Part shown: positions 25,066-37,000 of the stretch, piece after piece
Layout of the letters: each line of letters begins with the position of its first letter
Position numbering within the stretch: position 1 is the first letter of the stretch
Virus record (IMG/VR): IMGVR_UViG_3300045988_060114
Source of the DNA: a virus
Direction: 5' to 3' (one strand)
DNA length: 64,000 nucleotides
Notes under the pieces: model-generated
Seen by the model: the letters and a program-made list of their open reading frames with translations, nothing else
What the model was told of the DNA's origin: nothing
Databases searched by the model: none
Position numbers and translations under genes: made by a program

Positions 25066-28000
25066 ATGGCAGAAAGACCATTATACACTTTATACAAGAA
25101 TCTGAAAGCACAGAACTATGATGTGCCTGATGATTACAATAAGTTTGAGAGCGCCCTGACCAGAGAAGGAAAGGGCGGTGCAGATAACAGACACGCTATC
25201 TATGAGAACTTGAAGGCTCAGAACTTTGATGTTCCTGATACTTATGAGCGTTTCTATTCTGCACTTTTTGAACCTCGTAGTAAGACTTCATCTAGAGCGA
25301 AGGGCGGTAGTGTTCCTTTGAGTGCTGCTGACCGTGCTCGTTTCAATGCTAGAACTGCGGAAATCTTGTCTAGTGCTAATAATGCGGTAAGACAAGCAAA
25401 GCGAAACATTCAGACCAAACTGGGGCAAGCAAAGAAGTTTGATGGTGGCAGGGTTACTCAACGTCTAAAGAATCCTTTGCAGAATCAGAATGTACAGAAG
25501 AATGAGTTCAACTATAATGCCACAACTGGCAAGACTGGAACCTATACAACATCTGATGGAGTGGAGTTCGATAACGAGTATGATGCTACCCAGTATCAGA
25601 ATAAGTTGGACGAGCAGGGGCAGCAGTATATCAATGCTGTAAATGCTGGTGAGATACCGTCTGCTTTAGATGTGCGTGACCAGAATGGCAACTACGACTT
25701 GCAGGAGAATATTGGTAAGAATGGAACCTATCTCACTGAGGAGGGTGCTCAAAAGCAGTTTGATAAGAAACTGGCTGATGCCTATGCTCGCAAGAAGGAG
25801 ATAGAAGCTGCTATAGCGGAAGACAATCGTCAGCATGGCAATCCTCTGCTCTCTTATGGTGCTAGTATTGGTTCAAGTAACGGAAGAAATGCTGAGCAGA
25901 GTGACTATAGAAATAAGTTGGCAACCTCTCTATCTCTTGTTACTCAGCAGATTGGTGCGCTTGAAGCGGTGAAACAATACCCTACAAGTAGCTGGGGTGA
26001 GGATGCCTTGAAGGCTCTTGACAATACTGCCTTTACTGCCAAGACTTGGGATTTCGGTCTGACTGATTTTGCTACCATGGGGCAGATGGAACGTATCAAG
26101 ACAAAGATGGATAACAACATTCCTCTCTCTGGTTCTGATAAGATGCTCTTGAAGAGTAAACTGGGTGCGGATGCTGCTGCGGCTCTCGAAGATGAGAAGA
26201 TGGGTAATATCTATCGCTGGACGAAGATTGCAGGGCAGAGTCTCCCATTTATGGCTGACTTCTTCCTGACTGGTGGCTATGGTGGTATTACCAAGGGCAT
26301 CAGTCGTGGAGCCTTGAAGATTGCTGCTAAGTCTGGAATGGGCAAGGTGAGTGCTGCAATTTTGAAGAACACTGGTATCGTGGCTGGCGATGTAATCGGC
26401 TCGTATGCGATGGCTGGAACTGAACAGGCATTGAAGACTGGTGCAGACATCATGCAGCGACATCTAGGTAATCTGTATCAGGATGAGAAGGGCGATTATA
26501 AGTTCGGTACATTTGACGAAAACGGAAACCTCCTGCATGAAGGTGGTGAGTCTATGGGTACTGCTCTCTATAAGGGGCTGACCTCTGCCATGGTGGAGAA
26601 CTACACAGAGAAGTTGTTTGGTCACAACTATGGTATCAAGAAGGGTGCTGTCAACTTCATGGAGAAACATGGTATGAATGCTTCTGCTGAGTTCTTCAAG
26701 AATATCGGCAAGAGTGGTTGGTACACCAATTCTAAGAAGTGGATGGAGAAGTTTGGCATCAATGGTTTCGCTGAGGAAGTGATGGAGGAGGAAATTGGTA
26801 TTCCTCTTCATGCACTGCTGGATGGTGATAGTAAGGTGAGCGACCTTCTTGATGCTAGACAACAACTTGACATTATTGGTGGTATGGCTATCTCTGTTGG
26901 TTCTATGTATGCGATGGGTGCTGGCTCCCGACCAGTGAAGGGTGTGTACAATCGTGCTCAGTACTACCGATTCAGACACAAGTTGAACGTGGCTGATAGT
27001 GATGCACAGAACCTTATTGGCGATAACTGGGCAGACATCAAGGATAAGATTGACAATGCAACCAACGAGCAGATGGGTAGTGTACTAGCTGGCATTCTCC
27101 GTCAGAGAGATACAATGACCAAGGAACAGATTAATGCTGCTGTTAACTATGGTGTGAACCTGATGAAGATGCGTGGCTACAATATTGCCAAGACTTCTGA
27201 AATGAATGCAAGGGAGATTACCAATGAGCCTACAACTCCTGAGGAACAGCATCAAACGGATATTGATAACGCTTACTCTGAGGGGCATGATGCTGATGAT
27301 GCAGACAAACATGATATTCAGATTCAGCAGGAAGACCAGATGAAGACTCTTGCAGCAGCATTGGGTATCTCTGAGCAGCAGCTATCTGTTATGAGTGATG
27401 AGGAGTTGGAATCCTTAACTGGAAAGGATGATAAACTTGACCAAGCTATCTATGACTACCAGTTGTCTTCTGCTCGCTACCAAGGTGTGGTTGATGATGC
27501 ACAAGACAAGGTTGACCTTGCTGCTCATCAGGCAGAACAACGTGTTGATATGTACACAGACCAGAGCCGTGGCTCAGTCCGTAACGCTACCATTAAGGCA
27601 TCTGGAGGACTGGAAGACTATGGTGTCTATATTATCAGTGGCAATATCGCTACTCATGATGATGGTACTATTGATGTAAGCAATAGTGATGATATGATTC
27701 TCTATTATGACCCGACAACGAATAGTGTAGAACACGCTGATGCATTGATGTTCGCTGAACTGGGTGAGGAACTGCCTGCTGATGATGTGAAGGCTCAGGC
27801 GGTAGCTGATGCAAAAGAGGTTGCTATCAAAGAAGTGGCTGGCATCATTGACGGAACAGTTGATGTTGGCTCCCAGTTCTTGGTGACTGATGCTGACGGA
27901 ACGGAACATACTTATGAGGTGCTTGCTGATTATGGTGATGGTACTGCTGCTATTTCTATTGATGGTAATGTGGTAGAGAATCCATATTCGCTTGCCGATT

Positions 28001-31000
28001 TGCAACAGATGAAAGACTTGGAAGACAAGAAGAGATTGGAAACTGCTAAGGCTCAGCGTGAGCAGATAGAGAAGGAACGTGCTGAGCAGCAGAATCAGGA
28101 GACAGAACAGACTCAACCTTCATTTGATTTCAATCAGATTCTTAATGACAATGGAAATGTTGTCATTGTTGATGTGCTGGATAAGGATGGCAATACTAAA
28201 TATCCTGACTCTAGATTGTTCCTTATTCGTGATACTGGTGCCAAGGCTAAGGTAGTTGAGTTGAAGAGTGATGGCACTATTGTTCCTCATGCTGTGAGCA
28301 AGAAGAATGTGAGCATAATTACTTCAATGTCGCTTGATGAGTACAAGCAGGCTATGGCTGAATCCTCAATGATAGAGGATAATAGTGGAGAGAATAGAGG
28401 TGAGATAGAGGTGGAGACTCCGACAATAGAGGGCGAGACTGCTGCTCCTGCTGAGGAGACTGCTGCTCCTGAATCTGCTGAGACTCCTGCAACTGAACAG
28501 ACTCCTGCTGCTCCTTCCATTACTCTTGAAGATGGAACCATCGTGCCTATGCTGGAGGATGGCAATCCTGACTTCACGAAGCTGACTGCCGCACAGACTG
28601 CTGAGTTGTATGACTCCCAGTTTGGTGAGGATGCAGATAGTATCGTATCTGGATATGTGTCTGATGCAAAGAAGGCACTCGACAAGGCTAGCAACATGAC
28701 CGTGAAGGGTAAGACTTTCGTGGAACAGAAGGCTGCAAAGGATGCAAAGGAGAAGGCTATTGCTGATGCTCAGGCGGCTTATGACTCTGCTATCGCTATC
28801 CGTGATGCTTACAATGAGCGACAACTTGCCAAGGTGGAAGATACTGCTGAGGGTAGAAAGGAACTCATTGAGAAGGCAAGAAGAAAGTTTGCTCGCTTGA
28901 AGAGTGCAGTGAAGAATGATGCTGAGGCTGTAGCACAACTATATAAGGAGACTGTAGGCAGCTTGCTACATCGTCTGTATGATGGCACTGGCATTGACGT
29001 GACAGATACGATTCCGCTTACTGCTGAGGAGTATGTGGCTAGTAATCTCGGTGCTCACTCTCTCAACTATGAGGGTACTGAGACAAGCAAAGGTGTTAAG
29101 CAAGAGACTGGATTGAGTAGAGAAGACTTTGCCAAGACCCAGTTGCTCGCTGCTGATGGCAAGGGTACTACTATTGACAACCTCGTACATAGCTTGTGGG
29201 AGAATCGTCCATCTAACCTTGATTCACTCGACACTCAGAATATTCGCAATGCCTTGCTCAGCATAATCACTAGCGGTTTCAAGGCATCGGAAGCAAGAAA
29301 TTACATTGAAAATCTCCGTATCGCTCAGGCTGAGAATATCCTTGAAGAGCAGAAGAAGGCGGCTGATAACGCTGCATTCGCTGAGGAGAAGACTGGGGAA
29401 GAGAACTCTGATGAGGAGAATGATGAGGAGAATGAGAAGATAAATGAGCAGACAAATGAGAATATAAATGCTCCTGAGGTTCCTGAGGATGCAACGGATG
29501 ATACTCCTTTAGGCGCACAGCGTGATGAATCAGACCTTCCTTTCTCTGCTAAGGAGAATGGCAAGCAGCAGACAACTGCCGAGCGTGCTGCTGATGTAGA
29601 GAAGAATAAGGTGGATGATATGAAGGTCGTTGACAATATCGTGGGTGAAAAGACTCGAAAGGCTTTCGAGAGACTGGCTAAGATGATGGGTGCTGCCATT
29701 CAGTGGCAGTACTCTGACAAGTTGGGTAACGGCTGGATTCAGGAGACCAAGGATGCTGATGGCAACGTTCATCGTACCATCTTCATTACTCTTGACTCTT
29801 CTATCACGGAAGGTGCTCAGTTTATCTTCGGTCATGAAATGACTCACCAAATCAAGAATCTGAACCCTGCTGCATACAATGAGTTGACTCAGCTTGTGCT
29901 TGATACCTATGGCTCTGATGCCTTCGACAAGGCGGTAGGTGAGACCATGCAAAGATATTCTGATGCTGGATTCTCTGGACGTGCTAGAGATTACTATGCT
30001 GAGGAGGTTGTTGCTGATGCGGTAGGTGAAATGATTCGTGACCTCAACTTGGCTCATACTCTCGCTATGAAGATGTCTCATCCTCTACTCGCTGCTATCC
30101 ATGAGATATTGCAGAAGATTAAGTTGGCATTCTTTGGCACTGAGTATAGCGATGTGACCAAGAACATCATCCGCTCCATTGAACAAGCCTACGTGAAGAC
30201 TGCCAATGGGGAGGTGACAAACTCCGAGACTGGTGAAGATGTTTCCTTCTCTCTCCGTCAAAAGCCTGAACCTAAGAAGAAGGGCATCGGCTACAAGGTG
30301 TTCGTATTGAAGGATGGCAAACTCTATCCACCTATGGTAGCGAACCCTAATGGTGCTGCTACTCCAGTTGGTGTGTGGCTCGATGCTGATGCGGCTCCTA
30401 TTGCAGGAGAAAGCAAGACTGGAAGACCTCAGGTTAAGCAGGGCGGCAAGGGAACACAAGGCGGTAGCGGTAAGTTAGCCTATAGACCAGGCTGGCATCT
30501 TGGTGTAGTGCCTTATGCTATCCAGTTTAACCGCAAGGATGCTGAGGGCAACAAGACTCTCTTCCCTAAGAACTTTGTCTTCGCTGAGGTGGAGTATGCT
30601 GCTGACGTTGATTATCAGGAGGAAGCTCGCCAAGAGGGTATCAATCCATCGGGCAAGTATCAGCATTCACTCGCTGGCTTGAAACATCTGCCTACTGATG
30701 GTTTCTATATGTATCGTACAAACCCGAACCCTGAGACTGACCCTTGGGTGATTACTGGTGCGATGAAGGTGAACCGTATCTTGACCAGAGCAGAGCAAGC
30801 GGAACTTGTGAAGAATGCTGGTCGTGAACCTCAGCAGATTCAGGAGGGCGATATTGTTACTGATGATGTTGTGAACAGCATCAATCAGGAGATAGCTGAT
30901 GCTCCTAAGTTCTCGTTAAAGGTATATCATGGTAGCGGTGCTGACTTTACAGAGTTTGACTTCGACCACATGGGTGAGGGTGCTGGCTCCCAAGTATTCG

Positions 31001-34000
31001 GTTGGGGTGGCTACGTTACTTCATCGGAAGAGATAGGAAAAAGCTATGCTAATCTTTCAAGAGATTATGGCAGCAGAAACATATATAAGGGCGATATTCC
31101 GTTGACCAAGTTGGAAAAGGCTGCTTTGAGTTCATTCATTGAGAACAACAAGAATCATGAAGGGACATTCAAGGAAGGTGTTGCTGGTTCTATCGAGCGA
31201 CAAAAGGCATTGATTGCTAAGCATCCGAACAATCCTCTTTCTAATAGTATCAAGAAGAGAATTGAAGTATTGGAGGGTGCTATGCCTAAACTGGATAGTA
31301 TCTCTTGGGATGATTTCGTTCCAAGTGGAAAGAACCTCTATGAGGTAGATATTCCTGAGGATAATGGCAGTAACTATCTGGAATGGGAGAAGAAACCATC
31401 TGATGAGGTTGCAACAAAGATAATTGAAGGTCTTTATGGCTTGGATGCTAAGACCCTTGATGATATGGCATCAAAGGATATTGTGTTCAGAACTCTGTTG
31501 TATGATTACATCAAGAATGCAGACAAGGAGCAGATGATTCCACTCCTTGTGAAGACTCATGCTCTAACTAGGGAAACTACCTATGACAATGGAAATGTTG
31601 AGGATGATATACGATTTGTGTACAATCGTTTATCTAGATGGATGGGCAGTCAAAAGGCTGCAAGCCAGTTCCTATCTTCTCTTGGTTTTACTGGCATCAA
31701 GTACCCTGCTGGAACAATCATGGGCGGTGTTGAAGGAGACGAAATCAACTATGTTATCTTCAAACCTGAGGATATGAAGATTACAGAACATACCAAGTTC
31801 TCCATCAAGACCTATCATGGCTCCCAAGCATCATTTGACAAGTTCGACCACTCCTTTATGGGTAGCGGTGAAGGTGCTCAGGCTTACGGCTGGGGTACTT
31901 ATGTGAGCGAAGTGGAAGGTATCGCCAAGGCTTATGCCAAGGCAAATGCAAAAAAGAATGCGCCTTCAAGACTGATGTATCAAGGTAAGCCTATGACGTA
32001 TAAAACTCCATCAATTATCTATCAAGTTGCCCTTGATATGGATAAGTTTAATATTTCCGCAAAAGAGGCTATATCAAAGATGATAGATGCTGATGAGAAG
32101 AAACTTGCATCCGTTGGCGACACCCCATTTGCGAAGATGAAAGCCAAACAAGTTCAAGATGAGTTGAAAGTTTTGAAAGATTTGAATCCTTCTGACTTCA
32201 AGATTAATGAGGACTATGATACTGTCGCACAGGATTTGATAGATACAAAGTCTGGTCTTGATTTATTGGAGGATGAGTTGAAAGATGCAAAATCCTATGT
32301 AGATTTGTACCAATCAAGACTTGATGAGGCTAAGGAAGAACTTTCAAAGGCAAAGGAAAGTGGCACTGGTTTAGGTGTTGATATGTATGAATCTGATGTT
32401 GAGTATTATAGCGAACAGGTTAAAAGATATAAGCAGAGTATAAAAACTAAGGAAAGTGACATCAAAGATGTAAAAACTAAGGTTGACGCTTTGCAGAAGA
32501 AGTTGGATTCCATGGAGAAACCACGCAACCTCTACTCTGTTGATATTCCTGATGATACTGGTCGCAACTACATCGGCTGGGATGAGCCTTTAGGTGCTGC
32601 TAAGATTATGCGTCTGCCAAAGGTATTCAAGGCTGATGGCTGGGAGTACAAGAAGGTTGGTATGTATGATACTTACAAGATTGATGGTAACGAACATGAG
32701 GTTTGGCTTGAACCAACTTTGACTACTGGCAAGGAACTTTATAGAGATTTGACGAATGCCCTAGGTAGCGACAAGGCTGCAAGCGAATTTCTCTCCAAGG
32801 CTGGCTTTGTCGGTGTGAAGGTTATCGCTCAGCGTAATACTGGCGGCAACAAGGAAGGCAAGATGAACTATGTTATCTTTGATGAGAACAATGCTCAGAT
32901 TACCAGTCATACCAAGTTCTCGTTGAAGAAAGATGGCTTGACTCCTGAGATAGCAAATACTCCTGTAAATATTGTTGATGCTGATGAGGAACATGGCTTT
33001 AAGAACTATGCTGAGGCAAGAGAATGGGCTAAGAAGAATATTGTTAGAACTTACAATGATGAAGAAACTGGTGGCAAGGGTGAGATTAATATCAGTAATA
33101 CTGCTGTTGGTAAGTATTTGTCTGAAAAGGCAGTTAAGAAGAGTGCAAACAAAGATGTACACATGAGCGTTTTGAAGGTCTTGCCTTCTATACTTCGTGA
33201 GAGTGTAGATGCTATTCAGCATGTTGACCGTAACAAGGTAGGAAATGAACGTAGTGAGGATTTTGGTGTCAATCCTGATGTTATGATACATCGTTGTTAT
33301 GGTGCGGTGAATATAGGCGATAAGGTCTATGGTGTAAAGATTACTTTGAAAGAGAATGTAAGAACACACGAAAAAACAAAGCTATATAGCTATGAAGCAA
33401 CAAAAATAGAGCTGCTGGACGGTCAAAGTGGAGACGTAGCTATGACCTCTCCCCGCAATTCCAACAACTCTATTACGGTTGCAAAGATAATAAAAGGTTT
33501 TGAAACTACCAAGAAAAATGGCGAAAAGTTTTCATTGAAGGATGAAAAAACTCTTGCAGGAGTGCATAACATTACTGAGGAGAAACTGAGAAAGGCTTTG
33601 AAGCTGGGTGGATTTGCCAATCCTTCTTTGGCTGTGATTGATACCAACAAGACTGCTCACGACAACTTTGGAGAGATTTCCTTCATCGCTCCTTCTGCCC
33701 TTTTGGATAAGCGTACTGGCAATACTGGCGGTACTTGGATAACTGATGCCTACACTCAACGTTATCCTTCCGTAGAGCGAGAAATGAGTGAAAAAGGGTA
33801 TCGGAAGTTTGAAGACTGGGTTGATAGCCTTGATTACCCAAGTGTAGCTAAGGCTGAGATTGAGAGACAGGCAAAGGATGCCCTGAGCGACAATAATGCT
33901 CCTGCTTGGGAGTTGATGTACTTGAAGGAAAAGGGTATTGATATTAAGGAGTATGATTCTAGAATTGATTATCGCTGGAAAGAGATTATCAGTGACCATC

Positions 34001-37000
34001 CTACTGCTGAGGATATTCTGAATAGTATGAAGACTGACCCTGAACTGAATAAAAAGGTTACAAGTCTGGCTAAGCATGCCATCATCCATCCTACTTGGGA
34101 AAAGGTTTCTTTGGAGGTAAGAAGAAAGATGTATAAGGAGACTGGCGTTAAGGCTAGCCCTATCAATCCACAAGTAAGAAAACAGACTAAGGAAATCTTT
34201 GAGCGTGACTATGCGCCAACCTTGCTTAACAAGGACGGCAGTCCAAGAAAAAAAGATGTGAAGAAGGTTGTTGGGGATATTGTGAAGGAGCACAACGATA
34301 CCAAGAAGTATAACTTCTATCTGTCTAAGGTGAAGGCTAGTAATTACGTCAACAAGAATGGTCTTTATGATGATTACATCAGATGGCAGGAGAACAAACT
34401 GGATGAGTTCGGAACGAAGAACCGTATCTTCCGTGGCTATACTAAGGATGGTTCCCGAAAGTATGTGCCTGAGACTCTTGAAAATGTTTCAAAGGCTATG
34501 AGGGAAGAAGCAGATGGGCAGACCAATGGAAGTGAATATACCTCGTTTGGTAGCTTTATCGCAAAGTTGGCTAGTCGTGTTGATTCTACAGACGAAATGC
34601 GTGCCAACAAGGATAAGTTGTCTTCTAATAAGGATAAGGAAGAGTTTTACGAGAAATGGAATGGGGTTTATTATGACCTTGCCAAGTTCTTGTATAATGA
34701 TGTGTTTTATGGCGAGCAGAGACTTCACGATATTGTATTGCAGTCTGACCCTAAGAAGTATGCCAAGAAAGAATATGGCATTACCCTTACTCCTACCTTT
34801 ATGAAGAAACTGGATGCCTTGAAGAATGCAGTACAGACAGAGTTGAAGAGTGCGTACTTTGAGACTAAGTACAACAGACCTCTACGCCTTAATGAGTTTG
34901 CTGCTGCTGTGGTTCCTGATAACTTGGGCGAAGATGTGCGCAAGGGTATAGAGAATGCTGGCTTACCAATGTATGACTACGACCCGAATAAGGAAGGTGA
35001 CCGCAGTCGTGCCTTCAATGAAGCTATAAATAGCAGCGACAATATCCGATTCTCTCTTGCTGGCGAGCGTGGTGCGGCTGCTGCTGACAAGGCAGAGGAG
35101 CGTACTGCTCGTATGGATAATCTCTCTGTGGCTCGCAAGATGGAAGAGGAGAAGAAGGATGCCAAGGCAATCAAGATGGCTACTGGTTGGGAGCGTGGTG
35201 CTGATGGCAAGTGGAGATACGAAATGCCTGATGCCAAGATAAAGGACACGATGGACGTAGGCGGTGGGCACATCGTTAAGCGTTACGAGGATGATATGCT
35301 CTGGAATGGTGGTAAACTATCTAATGTGATTGATGCACCTGAATTATTTAAGGCTTATCCCCAGTTGAAAGATGTGCGTATTGATACGGATGCCATTATG
35401 AACGATATGCCTTCAAATGGTGAATATAATTCAAAGACCAACACCATTACCATTCATGCTGATGAGTTGAAATATATGAATGGCATATTGAATCACGAGA
35501 TTCAGCACGTTATTCAGGATATTGAAGGCTTTGCCAAGGGCGGTAGTCCTAGATTGGTTAGAGGTGAGGTCAAGAAGAGGTTTGATGAGGTCACCAAACA
35601 GATTAAGCAGCTACGTGCAGAAGGTAAGGAAGATGAAGCAAAGACTCTGATTGAGAAGAACAGAGGTCTTTATAATGCTTATCAGAAGAATGATGATTTC
35701 AATAGTTACAAGTCTCTTGCTGGCGAGGTGGAAGCTCGTAACGTATCTGCCCGATTGAACATGACTCCTGAGGAGAGAAGAAAGACTCTCGCTGAATCTA
35801 CTGAGGACGTGGCTCGTAAAGACCAGATTTTCTTGGGCGTGGGCGATGTGTCCTTCTCTCTACGTGATATGGCTGACGGAAAGGAGAGTGGGGCGGCTGA
35901 TATGGCTGAGGATTTGAAGAGTCTGAACACTCCTGATGAGGTGGATGATGCTATCAAGACTGCCATTGATGATATGCCGAGCGGTTGGCAGATGGCTAAC
36001 AAGAAGATGATTCATATTGCTCAGGCTCTGGGCGAGAACCGCAAGGCAGAGATTTCTGGCGAGGAACCTAAGTTCTCCCTGAAGGCTGGCACTCTCATTA
36101 AGGCTGGAACCTACTTTAGTGGTGGCGGTCTTGTTGAGGAAGGCTTGAAGGGTATCATCGACCCAGTGGTGGCAGTGGAGTATGACGAGAAGATAAGCGG
36201 TGTATATCGCAACAACTTCGGGCAGCACATTGTTACTGCTGATGTTCGTGATGTAGACCCTAAGGAGTTGGTGAAGCAGATAGATGGTGAGGTGGAGTAC
36301 TTCCATGCCAGCCCAGTCTGCAAGAACTACTCTCAGGCAAAGAGTAACCACGCAGAGGTGGAACTTGACAAGGAGACTGCTGCTAGTACTGCCGAGTTTA
36401 TCAATGCCGTTAAGCCAAAGGTGGTGACTATTGAGAACGTGAAGGGGTATAAGGATTCGGAAGCGATGAAGACTATTACCGATGCTCTGGATGCCAACGG
36501 CTATACTTGGGATGCAGATGTGTATAACGCTGCTGACTATGGCGGCTACACAAACCGAGAGAGATTGATTGTCCGTGCGGTTCGTGATGGCAAACTTCCT
36601 GCCAAGCCAAAGAAGATGGCACGCAAGAGTGGATGGTATGAAGCTGTGGCTGATATTATCCCGACCCTGACCGAGAAGAAGAATGGCGTGGCTCCTTGGA
36701 TGGATATTCGCTTGAAGGCTGATGGCATTGACTGGAGAAACATTGACAAGCCATTATATGTGATGGGTAGTGCCTATGCTGACGGAAAGATTCCTCATGC
36801 CTTCGCTGACGAACTGCTGCCAACACTCCGAACCAAGAGCGGTGATGTAATTGTGATGCCTGATGGTAAGGTATATCGTGCCATGGGCAGAGTGCTCGCT
36901 AGAGTATCAGGAGTGAGCGATGATTACAAGATGCCATTCTCCGAGAATCTGAGCCATACCATCATCGGCAACGGAATACCTACCCAGTTGACCGAGCATG

